A stretch of 64,000 nucleotides of DNA, taken from NCBI GenBank assembly GCA_903906515.1, contig CAIVKO010000233.1, positions 102 to 64,101 on the forward strand. The letters run 5' to 3'. The notes beneath the pieces were generated by a model. It did not search any database, had not been told where the DNA came from, and saw only the letters and a list, made by a program, of their open reading frames with translations. The position numbers and the translations under genes are program-made. The stretch comes from Akkermansiaceae bacterium. Its GTDB lineage: Bacteria; Verrucomicrobiota; Verrucomicrobiia; Verrucomicrobiales; Akkermansiaceae. Positions 18,421 to 28,569 of the stretch are shown here, piece by piece (position 1 is the stretch's first letter; each line of letters begins with the position of its first letter).

Positions 18421-21400
18421 ATGAAGCGCAATATGTCAATGGCGGCGGTCGCGGTGCTGGGATGCTGTGCTGCGGCGTTCGGGGAAGAAACCCGGCTGGA
18501 GGACCTTGCCAATTTCGAGCTCGTGGAGAACTTCGAAAAACCCCCGCTTAAGGACCAGGCGGCATCCTGGAAGCCCATGCAGATGGCGGGCGAGAAGTTC
18601 CAGCATGGGCTGGGGACTCATGCTCCGTTTATAGCCATGATCCGGCTCGACGGGCATACGGAGAAATTCCATGCCGTCGTCGGCGTGAATGGTCTGAATA
18701 AGGACCGCGGTTCTGTCGAATTCATTATCACGGGTGACGGGAAAGTTCTGTTCTGCAGCGGCGTGATGAAGGGCGACGTGATGAAGGACGGCAAGGTGGT
18801 TACTCCCGGCGACAAGCCCAAGGTCGTTGATCTCAACCTCTCCGGCGTCAAGCGGCTCAAGCTGGAGGCGACCACTACCGGCGACAATACTTGGGGCGAC
18901 GATGCCGACTGGGCTGATGCGGTCTTCACTTGGAAAGACGTGACACCCAGGATTGTTGAGATCGTGGATGACGCCTGTGAGTCGGCCGCGGCCGTCCCGC
19001 CGGCGGGCAAGTCGCCGGACGACACGGTCTATCGTGCGGACGCTGCGGCGAACAGCGCGGCGAGCCCCGGCGCGAAAGCCGATCAGCCCCGACGCAAGAC
19101 CGGGAAGAACACGGTGCCGGTAGCGCCTGACCGGCTGGCCGTCGAAGGCGTGTGCGAGCCGATGGGCATCGACAATCCCGCGCCGGTATTCAGCTGGTCC
19201 GCCGCGCACGCCGTGCGCGGACAGAGTCAGCGCGGATACCAGATCCTGGTGGCGTCGAGTCAAAAACTGATCGACGCCGACAAGGGCGATGTCTGGTCAA
19301 TCCAGGAGAAGGAGTCGGCTCAACAGTACGCCATTGTTTACGCTGGTCCAGCGCTGGCGAGCAAGGCGCGGTACTGGTGGAAGGTGCGTGTGTGGGATGC
19401 GGACGGCAATGTTTCACCCTACAGTCTGGCCGCAACTTTTGAGACGGCGATGATGAATCCGGCGGATTGGCAGGCTCAGTGGGTTGGTGGCGATTTCACC
19501 CGGCTGCGCAAGGAGTTTACCGTTGAAAAGTCGAAGACGATTGCCCAGGCGCGGGCCTATGTCTCCGGTCAGGGGTATTATGAATTGCGGATTAACGGCA
19601 AGAAGGTCGGTGACCATGTTTTGGATCCCGGCTATACCGATTATAAATTCCGCGCTCTGTACAGCACCTATGACATCACGGAGTTGCTGAAACCCGGTGC
19701 CAATGCGGTTGGGGTGATGCTGGGTGACGCCTATCTGATTCGGTGGGAACTCAAGCAGCCGTCGGACAAGATGGCGGTGGTGCAGATCGAGGTGCGGTAC
19801 ACCGACAATACGACGGCGACCCTGGTGACCGATCCGACATGGACGGGCAAGAACGGCGGGGCCATGGTATCCAACAGCGTTTATGTGGGCGAGGTCTATG
19901 ATGCCCGCCTGGAGGATGCCTGGGACATGCCAGGATATGCCGGAACCGACTGGGCGTCGGTTGAGGTCAAGACGCCTCCGCAAATCGTGAACGCCCAGCT
20001 ACAGGCGATCAAGGTGGTTGACACCATGAAGCCGGTCAAGATGAGCGGTAAGGATGGAGATAACATCTTTGATTTCGGGCAGAACATGGCGGGGTGGCTC
20101 AGGGTTTCGGCATCGGCCCCGGCCGGTACGGTCATGAAACTGGATTTTGGTGAGGGGGATTGGCCTGCCAGTAGCCAGAAGGATCAGTATACGTTCAAAG
20201 GCGTGGGGGTGGAAACGTGGGAGCCGCGGTTCACATATCATGGATTCAGAACCGCTAAAGTTTCCGGCGTTGCCGGACTCACGAGCGACAGCGTCGTTGC
20301 CTGTGTGGTACACAGCGCGGTTGAACCGGCTGGTGATTTCACCTGTTCCTCGCCGCTGCTCAACAAGATTCACCGGGCCTTTCTCTGGACTCAGGTGAAC
20401 AACATGCACAGCATCCCCACCGATTGCTGTCAGCGTGACGAGCGCAAGGGCTGGCTGGGCGACGCGCTGGTAACGACCGAAGCGGCGTGTATGAATCTCG
20501 ACATGAAGGCGTTCATGGCGAAATGGTTCAATGACATCCAGGACTATCAGGATTTCCGGAATACCAATGGTTCGGTGGCCAATATCGCGCCTTGCCCCCT
20601 GGGGGAGAGTTGGAAGTCGCCGTACAAGGGCTGGGAGGTTTGGGATATCGCCTGGAATTCCGCGTCAGTTTCCATTCCGTGGGATTTGTATATGGCATAC
20701 GGGGATAAAGTTCTTCTGGCAAAACACTATAACATGATGCGCAGGTTTGTTGAATACGTCCGCACCACCAGCCCGAATAATATATGCACTACCTTTAAGT
20801 GGGGTGACTGGACCGGCGGCCCAACCGAAGGGCTGTTGCTGTCGACCGGATACTATTATCGAAGCGCTGAACTGCTCTCGCGGACCGCTCTGGAGTTGGG
20901 CAAGGCAGATGATGCTGAAAAGTATGCTCAGCTTGCAGCAGATATCAAGGCAGCCTTCAATAAAAAATGGCTCAGATTCGACCGTTATTACAACAAGAAC
21001 GAGCAGGTATCCAATGCCCTTGCGCTTTCCTTTGACATGGTGCCGCCGGAGAGCAAAAGCGCTGTGCTCGCCCGCCTGAAACAGAACATTGACTACAAAG
21101 ACGGGCATTTGACCACCGGCGTGGTGGGGACGCATTGCCTGATGAACGCACTGTGGCGGAATGAGGCGGTCGAGACGGCCTATACCCTTGCCAATCAGAC
21201 TACCCAGCCGAGTTGGGGTCATATGATAGAGAAAGGTGCCACGACGATCTGGGAGTTCTGGGACGGGCACGGCTCCTGGAATCATCCAATGCTCGGTGGC
21301 CCGATCGATGCCTGGTTTTATAAGGGAGTGCTTGGCATCTATCCCACCAAGCCGGGCTATGAGGAACTGTCTATTCGTCCGCAAATTGGCGGCGGCCTGA

Positions 21401-21702
21401 CCTTTGCCAAAGGGTTTGTGCAGACTCCGCGCGGCAAGGTCTCGTCGGAATGGCAGGTCACGGGAACTGATCTCTCTCTCACGGTGGCTATTCCCTTCAA
21501 TAGCCAAGCGGCGGTTAGTTTTCCCAAACCTGTCGGAGATCATGGAGTGATCTATGAAGGAAGAAACTTGATCTGGAAGAAGGGAGTTCTGCTGGCAAAA
21601 ACAGAAGGGATGGTGGGAGCCCGTGAAGATGGTAATTATATCCGTTTTGTCGTTGGCTCGGGAATTTACAGTTTTAACACCAAAAATCCGGAGGAGAAAT
21701 GA
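18421..21702 (+). CDS. NPCBM + GH78 alpha-L-rhamnosidase
   Basis: ATG 18421 (MKRNMSMAAVAVLG) is preferred over 18244, which overlaps the upstream gene. Motifs FDFGQNMAGW, PRFTYHGFR, PTDCCQRDERKGWLGD, GATTIWEFW and SWNHPMLG. Confidence 0.92.
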   Translation: MKRNMSMAAVAVLGCCAAAFGEETRLEDLANFELVENFEKPPLKDQAASWKPMQMAGEKFQHGLGTHAPFIAMIRLDGHTEKFHAVVGVNGLNKDRGSVEFIITGDGKVLFCSGVMKGDVMKDGKVVTPGDKPKVVDLNLSGVKRLKLEATTTGDNTWGDDADWADAVFTWKDVTPRIVEIVDDACESAAAVPPAGKSPDDTVYRADAAANSAASPGAKADQPRRKTGKNTVPVAPDRLAVEGVCEPMGIDNPAPVFSWSAAHAVRGQSQRGYQILVASSQKLIDADKGDVWSIQEKESAQQYAIVYAGPALASKARYWWKVRVWDADGNVSPYSLAATFETAMMNPADWQAQWVGGDFTRLRKEFTVEKSKTIAQARAYVSGQGYYELRINGKKVGDHVLDPGYTDYKFRALYSTYDITELLKPGANAVGVMLGDAYLIRWELKQPSDKMAVVQIEVRYTDNTTATLVTDPTWTGKNGGAMVSNSVYVGEVYDARLEDAWDMPGYAGTDWASVEVKTPPQIVNAQLQAIKVVDTMKPVKMSGKDGDNIFDFGQNMAGWLRVSASAPAGTVMKLDFGEGDWPASSQKDQYTFKGVGVETWEPRFTYHGFRTAKVSGVAGLTSDSVVACVVHSAVEPAGDFTCSSPLLNKIHRAFLWTQVNNMHSIPTDCCQRDERKGWLGDALVTTEAACMNLDMKAFMAKWFNDIQDYQDFRNTNGSVANIAPCPLGESWKSPYKGWEVWDIAWNSASVSIPWDLYMAYGDKVLLAKHYNMMRRFVEYVRTTSPNNICTTFKWGDWTGGPTEGLLLSTGYYYRSAELLSRTALELGKADDAEKYAQLAADIKAAFNKKWLRFDRYYNKNEQVSNALALSFDMVPPESKSAVLARLKQNIDYKDGHLTTGVVGTHCLMNALWRNEAVETAYTLANQTTQPSWGHMIEKGATTIWEFWDGHGSWNHPMLGGPIDAWFYKGVLGIYPTKPGYEELSIRPQIGGGLTFAKGFVQTPRGKVSSEWQVTGTDLSLTVAIPFNSQAAVSFPKPVGDHGVIYEGRNLIWKKGVLLAKTEGMVGAREDGNYIRFVVGSGIYSFNTKNPEEK

Positions 21703-21727
21703 TAAACCGTAACACGTTATTCAATCT

Positions 21728-24700
21728 ATGTCCTGCAAACAAACATATTTGATTCCGGCTGCGACCATTCGCGCTCAGCACCGGAATCGGATGCATCACA
21801 GTCCCAGCCGCGCGCGCTGCGGATTCGCGCTGGTCAGCACGCTCTCGCTGATGATCCTGCTCACGGTCATCGCAGTGGGCATGTTGACCCTCTCCTCGAT
21901 CACCTTACGTAGCTCCAGTCAGGGTCAAGCCATCGTGATGGCGCGAGCCAACGCCCGGCTCGGTCTGATGCTCGCGCTAGGCGAATTGCAATCCACTCTC
22001 GGCCCTGATAAACGAGTCTCTGCGCCCGCCGCAGCGGTGATTTCCTCCGCTAAGCAGCCGCACCTAACCGGCGCATGGGAGTCCTGGCGCTGGGATCCGG
22101 CTAAATCCTCCTCTCCGGCATACGTTGAAAAACGCACGAAATTCCTCCGTTGGCTCGTCTCCACCGTCAACCCTGTGGATGCCAAATTGTTTGCGCTGCC
22201 TGCGTCCGATCCGTCCGTGGATTCGGTGGAATTGATCGGTGCGCTCGGTCATATGAACGTGCCAAACTCGGTGCGTGCAGCAAAAATTCCGGTTATGAAT
22301 TCAGTGATCCCCGGCGCTCTGGCGTGGGCGGTTTTTGACGAGAGTGTCAAAGCTTCCATTGATCTGGGTGATCCGGCGACAAAACCGACCGCCGGGGTGG
22401 AGGTCGCCACTCGTAAAGCACCTAACCGATTTCGAGCGGATATCATCGATCCTGCGAAATTTGCAGCCTTGAAAACACCGGTCAACCTCGTCACGCTTGA
22501 AACCGCGGTGATCCCTAGTGGCCAGGATAGCGCGCCGGAATTCCGCAAGCGATTCCATGAATTTACCACCGGTTCGCTCGGCCTGCTAACCGATACCGCC
22601 AACGGCGGCCTGAAGACCGATCTCACAGCGCTTTTCGAGAGTGCTACATTTCCTACAAGCTCCTTTCCCACCGCCACGCCCTACTCAAACCTCGCGTCCG
22701 GAGCCCCGCGTTGGAGTTACCTCTACGACCATTATCGCAAATATAAAACCGTGACGGACGCCAATCTGGGCACCCCCACCTACGTCCCGTCCGCCACCGA
22801 ACTCGCACCTTCATTCGACGGGATGGACTACTCACCCCGGAAGGAACGCCTGCTACCCGTCATCGCCAAGATGCAACTCGTGTTCTCGATCGTCTCGCAC
22901 CACGCGAATATTAAGGACCGCATAAACTTTATGGACCAATACGGCGATCCCAAGGGCAATGACAACCATGCCGTGCCGCAGATTGTATACGAACCAGTCA
23001 TCACCCTTTTCAATCCCTACGACGTGGCGCTTGACCTCAAGAAACTGCGCATCCGCGTATGGGATCCGCCGGTTGGATTTCGCTTCGCCAAGGTCATGAG
23101 CGGGGCCGTGAATTGGTACCGCGATGAAATGACTAACGGCGAGTTTCACGGACTGGCACGATTCAATGATGTCAACGAGCGCAATACTGCCGCGCGCCGG
23201 TGGTTCACTCTCTATCTTACAGATGGCACCAGCCAAGCTGCAGGTAACGCGCTGCGGTTGCAACCCGGCGAGGTGAAGGTGTTCTCCAGTCGCGTCGAGA
23301 GCAACTGGAGTTGGTCCTACGAATGCGCTGATGAAAACGTACCTAGGTCGTTTTTTGACTGTAGGGTCAATAATAACTTCGGCAACATCGATAACCGCAC
23401 CAGCAACAAGCTGGGCGTGGAAGCTGTTCCCGGCTGGGATCCCCGCGCCGGTCTGCAAACCGACCACCTGAGTTATGGATTCCTGCGACCACCTGCAACC
23501 CTCTACGCATTCGAGAATGTGGCAGATTGGCGTTCGCCCAAGTGGGGTTTCGTATCTATCAGAATTACTGATGAAGTGCAGGTCGAACTCAAGGCTCTGC
23601 GGACGACTGCAATCAACAGCGGCGTGCCGGACTTCCAAGTGGACGTTCTGGCCGGTGAAAATGAGGACGTCACGCAGGACATCCTGCGCTCTTTCCGCTT
23701 CAACTTTGCCAACCCTACCGCAGAAATCAGTGAAAACCCAGCTAAACCAGTGATTTCGCGGAAATACCGGGTTGCTGACACTCTGCAGAAATGGACAGAA
23801 ACGGGCATCGGGGGCAAGAAGCCGCTCGCCATGCTGGAAATGACCGCTCGTACCACTCGCGACCCGCTGGACGACAGCAAGGCATGGGTTTATAATAATC
23901 CAGTGGTCGAAGGCGGCGAGCAGACCACCAGCGTTGTGGGAGCAGCTAACCAGAGTTACGATGTCAGGCTGATCGAGCTCACCGGTTGGTCCAGCTTCCC
24001 GATGATCGAATGGGACACGACGCTGGGTGCGGGGTACGGACGCGGTTACTTCGGGTCCAGTCGCAGTTCTAACGAAGGCGTGACCAATGTGCCGATGTGT
24101 CATGTGCCGGTGGCACCCGCCGCGTCTATCGGCGATCTAATCGCCACAAATCTGGTCTCCGGTGCTTCTCTGCCGCGCATCGTGCACCCGTTCGGCAATT
24201 CGCGCGCCCATCCGCTGCTCCCTGCGGCGCAAGTCTCTCGATTGCTCGGTGGCACGACTTTGCTCGATCATTCGTATTTACTCAATAATACGCTATGGGA
24301 TAGCTACTACTTCTCATCGTTGTCAGCATATGCTGGCGGGGTGTTCACATCCAATCTCACTCGGCGCATGGTGTTGGAAGGAGTTCTCGACGGTTCCAAA
24401 CCTGCGCTCAATACCCGCCTGAGGCCCGCGGTTATTCCCGGTGACGCTGCCCTGCTGGCCACGAAACTCGACACGCTCAGTGATGCGGATTTCGCCAAAA
24501 AGATCGCCGGATACATGGCCGTGGCCGGTCCTTTCAACCTGAATTCAACCTCTATCGACGCCTGGCGCTCGGTGTTGTCTTCACTGCGTGATCGTGAGGT
24601 CACCGTCTGGAAAAACCGTGCCACACCCAACCCGGACGCCACTCCTTTTGCGCGCATGGGACTTCCTCTCACCGGACCCACGGATACCAGCGCCAACGTC

Positions 24701-25324
24701 AATGTGCTTGGCCAAATTCGCTGGGCCGGCTATCGAAACCTTGATGACTTCCAAATCGAAGCTCTCGCCAAAGCCATAGTGACCGAAATTCAAAAACGCG
24801 GCAGCGAGGACCAGGCTCCATTGCTCACTCTAGCAGAATTTGTCAACCGCCGTCCTGGCGCAGTCGACGGTCTCCACAGCTTGGCTGGTATCCTGCAAAC
24901 CGCCATCGACTTATCCGGGGTGAACACCGTGAACCATGGCAAGGATTCGAAGCTGATTCAAAGCGCGGACATCGCCGTGGCCCGCAAGACCGGCACGGCA
25001 ACGCCCGAAGCCATGAACGGATTCACCGGCGAAGGCTCGCCTCCTATACTCACTCAAGGTGACCTGCTCGGTGCCTTGGCCCCCATTGCAACAGTCCGCG
25101 GCGATACTTTCAAGATCCGTGCATACGGCGAGACGACCTCCAGCACGGGCAGCGTTATTGCTAAGGCTTGGTGCGAGGCAGTGGTTCAACGGTTGCCGGA
25201 ATTCATCGACCCGGCGGACTCGCCTGAAACGCCCTTAGTTAAACTCATCCGGCCTACTAACCAATCCTTCGGCCGAAGCTTCCGCATTGTGTCATTCCAC
25301 TGGCTCAACGCCGGGGAAATATGA
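21728..25324 (+). CDS. Giant PilX/GspK-like prepilin protein (Verru_Chthon cassette protein A-like), copy 1
   Basis: Class III signal RARCG|FALVSTLSLMILLTVIAVG lacking Glu+5, then ARANARLGLMLALGELQ..GPDKRVSA. C-terminal motif VRGDTFKIRAYG...WCEAVVQR...FGRSFRIVSFHWL. The true start may be 21791. Confidence 0.8.
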   Translation: MSCKQTYLIPAATIRAQHRNRMHHSPSRARCGFALVSTLSLMILLTVIAVGMLTLSSITLRSSSQGQAIVMARANARLGLMLALGELQSTLGPDKRVSAPAAAVISSAKQPHLTGAWESWRWDPAKSSSPAYVEKRTKFLRWLVSTVNPVDAKLFALPASDPSVDSVELIGALGHMNVPNSVRAAKIPVMNSVIPGALAWAVFDESVKASIDLGDPATKPTAGVEVATRKAPNRFRADIIDPAKFAALKTPVNLVTLETAVIPSGQDSAPEFRKRFHEFTTGSLGLLTDTANGGLKTDLTALFESATFPTSSFPTATPYSNLASGAPRWSYLYDHYRKYKTVTDANLGTPTYVPSATELAPSFDGMDYSPRKERLLPVIAKMQLVFSIVSHHANIKDRINFMDQYGDPKGNDNHAVPQIVYEPVITLFNPYDVALDLKKLRIRVWDPPVGFRFAKVMSGAVNWYRDEMTNGEFHGLARFNDVNERNTAARRWFTLYLTDGTSQAAGNALRLQPGEVKVFSSRVESNWSWSYECADENVPRSFFDCRVNNNFGNIDNRTSNKLGVEAVPGWDPRAGLQTDHLSYGFLRPPATLYAFENVADWRSPKWGFVSIRITDEVQVELKALRTTAINSGVPDFQVDVLAGENEDVTQDILRSFRFNFANPTAEISENPAKPVISRKYRVADTLQKWTETGIGGKKPLAMLEMTARTTRDPLDDSKAWVYNNPVVEGGEQTTSVVGAANQSYDVRLIELTGWSSFPMIEWDTTLGAGYGRGYFGSSRSSNEGVTNVPMCHVPVAPAASIGDLIATNLVSGASLPRIVHPFGNSRAHPLLPAAQVSRLLGGTTLLDHSYLLNNTLWDSYYFSSLSAYAGGVFTSNLTRRMVLEGVLDGSKPALNTRLRPAVIPGDAALLATKLDTLSDADFAKKIAGYMAVAGPFNLNSTSIDAWRSVLSSLRDREVTVWKNRATPNPDATPFARMGLPLTGPTDTSANVNVLGQIRWAGYRNLDDFQIEALAKAIVTEIQKRGSEDQAPLLTLAEFVNRRPGAVDGLHSLAGILQTAIDLSGVNTVNHGKDSKLIQSADIAVARKTGTATPEAMNGFTGEGSPPILTQGDLLGALAPIATVRGDTFKIRAYGETTSSTGSVIAKAWCEAVVQRLPEFIDPADSPETPLVKLIRPTNQSFGRSFRIVSFHWLNAGEI

Positions 25325-25357
25325 TAAAACCCCGTAGCCTTTCATCCGTTATCTTCC

Positions 25358-26065
25358 ATGTCAGTTTACCCGATCATCGTTGTCGCTGTTCTAATGGCTA
25401 TGCTCCCGCCGTTGCACGCCCGTGAACAACCTGCCACACGCGCTGAAATCCGCCTGCTCGCCTTTCAACCCGACCTGGCTACTGACGAGGCCTACGTCCA
25501 CGACCCCGATGCGCCCGCCGAAACCGTGGCTATAAAAGTTTCTATCAAATCCTATCTGAATCACGAGTTTGACACCGTTATGCTCACCGGAAATCGGATC
25601 GTGATCACCACCAAGCCGGAGCGTGTCTCGATCACCCGCTCGAATGAAGTGTTAGGAATGGCCGATCTTCCGGATGGGGTGCGATCAGCCATTCTACTGT
25701 TTCTGCCGGCACCGCCCAACGGTAAGACCCGCTTCCATATCATGGTCATTGATGATTCAAAGCGCGCTTTCCCTGTTGGTTCGTTTCGCGTCTCCAACCT
25801 AAGCCCACTACCTGTGCGCATCGTGCTAGAGGAAAAATCCTACGATTTTAAGCCTGGGGAAGTCCAACTCATCACCGATCCGCCCGTGCGTGCGGGAAAA
25901 CAATCCGGCATGAAAGCCTTTGCTTTCCACGACAAGATCTGGCACCGCATCGGCTCGGGAATCTGGCCCGCGCCGGGCACTAACCGTGTCGTGCAAGTCT
26001 TGTACGGCAACACAGTCAAGGGGCAGGTGCAGCTCCGCGCCTTTGACGACGTCCCACCCCGCTAA
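25358..26065 (+). CDS. Small secreted hypothetical protein, partner of the PilX-like gene (copy 1)
   Basis: Signal peptide, 235 aa, beta-rich (LLFLP...VIDDSKRAFPVGSFRVSNLS). Distant homolog of the ORF at 63362 in the same position. Confidence 0.8.
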   Translation: MSVYPIIVVAVLMAMLPPLHAREQPATRAEIRLLAFQPDLATDEAYVHDPDAPAETVAIKVSIKSYLNHEFDTVMLTGNRIVITTKPERVSITRSNEVLGMADLPDGVRSAILLFLPAPPNGKTRFHIMVIDDSKRAFPVGSFRVSNLSPLPVRIVLEEKSYDFKPGEVQLITDPPVRAGKQSGMKAFAFHDKIWHRIGSGIWPAPGTNRVVQVLYGNTVKGQVQLRAFDDVPPR

Positions 26066-26089
26066 AACTCCCGCGTTTTTTGAAGCCCT

Positions 26090-26133
26090 CCCCCATTTGT
26101 GGGGGTAGATATTACTGGAAAGATGGCTAGATT
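26090..26133 (+). promoter_or_regulatory. Conserved box plus putative -35/-10 promoter, copy 2 (upstream of GH29)
   Basis: CCCCCATTTGTGGG-GG-TAGATA-N16-TAGATT. Confidence 0.72.
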
Positions 26134-26204
26134 GAACTTTGTATCCGCTCGACAGAACTAACGTTATGACAATTTCAGGTTGTTATAAAAACCTAATAGG
26201 TGGG

Positions 26205-28019
26205 ATGAAAATAATGAAGAGAAATTATTCAATGATGGTTGCGGTAATACTGACGATTGGTTGGTGTCTTCCGAGTAATGCGGCCGATTGGGTCAGGGTA
26301 GCGTATGACGACGCGGGAGTGGATGGTGCTCAACCTCATCTTAAAAAGGCCGCTGATAACTGGAATGTTCCAAATTCCGAAGCATTCGATGAGGCTTTAC
26401 GGACGGTGGTTTACGGTCCATACATCTGGTTTGGATATGGCGGACTTAATACAAATGCCGCTTATAAGGCCAAACTTCGTTTCTTGTCTGATGGACCGCG
26501 GGTGATGCGTCTTAAGGCAGGTGATCTCACAGTAAAGGAGTCGGTAACAGCTGATGCTGGTAAGTCGTCAGAGTGCGTGATTGATATTCCTCCTGCTTCA
26601 TATTCGATGGGCACACTGGAACTTGCTCTAGAGGTGATTTCCGGAGGTAACGGAGGAATGGTTTCGGATATTGAAATACTCTCGACCGATCCCGCGCCGC
26701 TGGGAGTCTCGAAAGCGACAAACCCAGTCATTTTGACCGAACGCGGAGAAACTTTAGCGCAGCGGGATATGCGGCTGAAATGGTTCAGGGAAGCGAGATT
26801 CGGAATGTTCATCCATTGGGGACTGTATGCCCAGGCCGGTGGTGAGTGGAACGGGAAGCCTGTGGGCAACGAACACAATTTCGGTGAATGGATGATGTAT
26901 GATGCCAGAATTCCGATTGCCGAATATGCCACATTGGCGTCAAAGTTTAACCCGGTGAATTACAATGCCGAAAAGTGGGTGCTCGCAGCAAAGACCGCCG
27001 GTATGAAGTATGTGGTTATCACGACGAAGCACCACGAAGGCTTCGCCATGTTCAAGACGAACGCCAGCCCGTTCAATATTATTGATGCAACGCCTTACAA
27101 GCATGATCCGATGAAGGAACTTGCCGTCGCATGCCGCAAACACGGCATGAAGCTCGGCTTCTATTATTCGCAGAACCTGGATTGGCATCATCCCGGCGGC
27201 GGCGGGAATGACTGGGATAAGACCCATGAAGGTGATGCGGACCAGTATGTTGATAAAATTGTGATCCCGCAGGTCCGTGAGATTTTGAGCAATTATGGTG
27301 ATATTGCGGTGATCTGGTGGGATATCCCGGGCGGGGCTATTAATAAGGCGAGGGCTGATCGTATTTTAAAGACAGTGATGGAGCTTCAGCCAAAGATCAT
27401 TATGAATAACCGATTGGGCGGAGACTATTGGGGCGATACAGAGACCCCTGAGCAGTTTATTCCAGCCACTGGATTTTCGGGGCGAGACTGGGAAACCTGT
27501 ATGACGATGAATGGGACATGGGGGTTCAAGAAGAACGACCATAATTGGAAATCAGTTGAGACGATTGTCCAAATGCTTTGCGATATTTCCAGTAAGGGCG
27601 GAAACTATCTGCTGAATGTAGGCCCGACAGACAAAGGCGAGATTCCGCAAGAGAGTCTGGACCGATTGGTAGAGGTTGGTAAATGGATGAAGGTAAACGG
27701 AGAGGCTATTTATGGGACGTCAGCCAGTCCATTCCCACAGGGTGTGCCATGGGGACGCGTCACGCAGAAGGGTAATATGCTTTACCTGATGGTCTTTGAT
27801 CTGCCGATTGATCGTGTGCTGACACTTCCAGGATTTTCAAAGAAGGTAATTAAAGCCTGGTTTCTAGATAATGAAAACAAGGCTGAGATCAATATCTCCA
27901 GCGATGGACGGGAACTCAAATTGATCGTTCCTAATGGTGTTGTCATCAACTCTCCGGCGACAGTAATCGCTCTGCAATTGGCGGCTAAGGAGGATATGGG
28001 TGAAAATACAGCCAAGTGA
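26205..28019 (+). CDS. GH29 alpha-L-fucosidase with an N-terminal accessory beta-sandwich domain
   Basis: WFREARFGMFIHWGLYA, TTKHHEGF, IWWDIPG, WETCMTMNGTWG and NYLLNVGP. The start could be 26166, 26205 or 26214. Confidence 0.92.
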   Translation: MKIMKRNYSMMVAVILTIGWCLPSNAADWVRVAYDDAGVDGAQPHLKKAADNWNVPNSEAFDEALRTVVYGPYIWFGYGGLNTNAAYKAKLRFLSDGPRVMRLKAGDLTVKESVTADAGKSSECVIDIPPASYSMGTLELALEVISGGNGGMVSDIEILSTDPAPLGVSKATNPVILTERGETLAQRDMRLKWFREARFGMFIHWGLYAQAGGEWNGKPVGNEHNFGEWMMYDARIPIAEYATLASKFNPVNYNAEKWVLAAKTAGMKYVVITTKHHEGFAMFKTNASPFNIIDATPYKHDPMKELAVACRKHGMKLGFYYSQNLDWHHPGGGGNDWDKTHEGDADQYVDKIVIPQVREILSNYGDIAVIWWDIPGGAINKARADRILKTVMELQPKIIMNNRLGGDYWGDTETPEQFIPATGFSGRDWETCMTMNGTWGFKKNDHNWKSVETIVQMLCDISSKGGNYLLNVGPTDKGEIPQESLDRLVEVGKWMKVNGEAIYGTSASPFPQGVPWGRVTQKGNMLYLMVFDLPIDRVLTLPGFSKKVIKAWFLDNENKAEINISSDGRELKLIVPNGVVINSPATVIALQLAAKEDMGENTAK

Positions 28020-28569
28020 ACCGTAATCGGATATTTCTGCTGTCTAATAGATATTGGTAAGCGGTCGATCTACGGCCACTAGCCACGCCGCAGCATAAGA
28101 AGCATACATACCCGTGAAACGTAGTGAAAAGCTCGATGTCACTCCTGCGCGCTAATGATCGTCAGCAAGCTGCACTCAATACGTATGAGGAAGCGTCAAG
28201 ATCCACGATCTCTTGTAAGTATTTCCTCAAAAACACTGCCCTGGGCTTAGATGGCGACCGCGTATTGTTCTTGATGAACTACACCGCATTACTTTTTGAT
28301 CGCCCGCTACGCAAGAGTGCGAAGCAGGCAGCCACCACTAGGAAAGTCACCGCTATGCCGTTTCCCCAAAACCAACGGGTGTTTCCATCTGTGGGAGAGC
28401 CGTCGTGGACTGCATCCTGCTGCTTGCTTTGATGGTTGTCCACTGCTCCCGCGCCTCACTTTGTCACGTCGTTTTTTTTCTACACGCTGGACCAATTGTT
28501 TTATAAACCACCACCGCGTAGCCTTCCGAGGCTGCCCATGCTCGTGGCCGGATTCGGCTGGCAGATTCA

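Noticed and set aside
1291-24103. Long antisense or alternative-frame ORFs (e.g. 1291-2286, 5600-6340, 18436-19263, 20665-21543, 22853-24103)
   Set aside because: They lie wholly within well-supported genes on the other strand or frame and have no recognisable motifs. They are typical shadow ORFs of GC-rich coding DNA.
26090-26105. IS/MITE terminal repeat or REP reading of CCCCC-N6-GGGGG
   Set aside because: No transposase, target-site duplication or paired ends were seen. The copies are always upstream of, and oriented with, a gene start.
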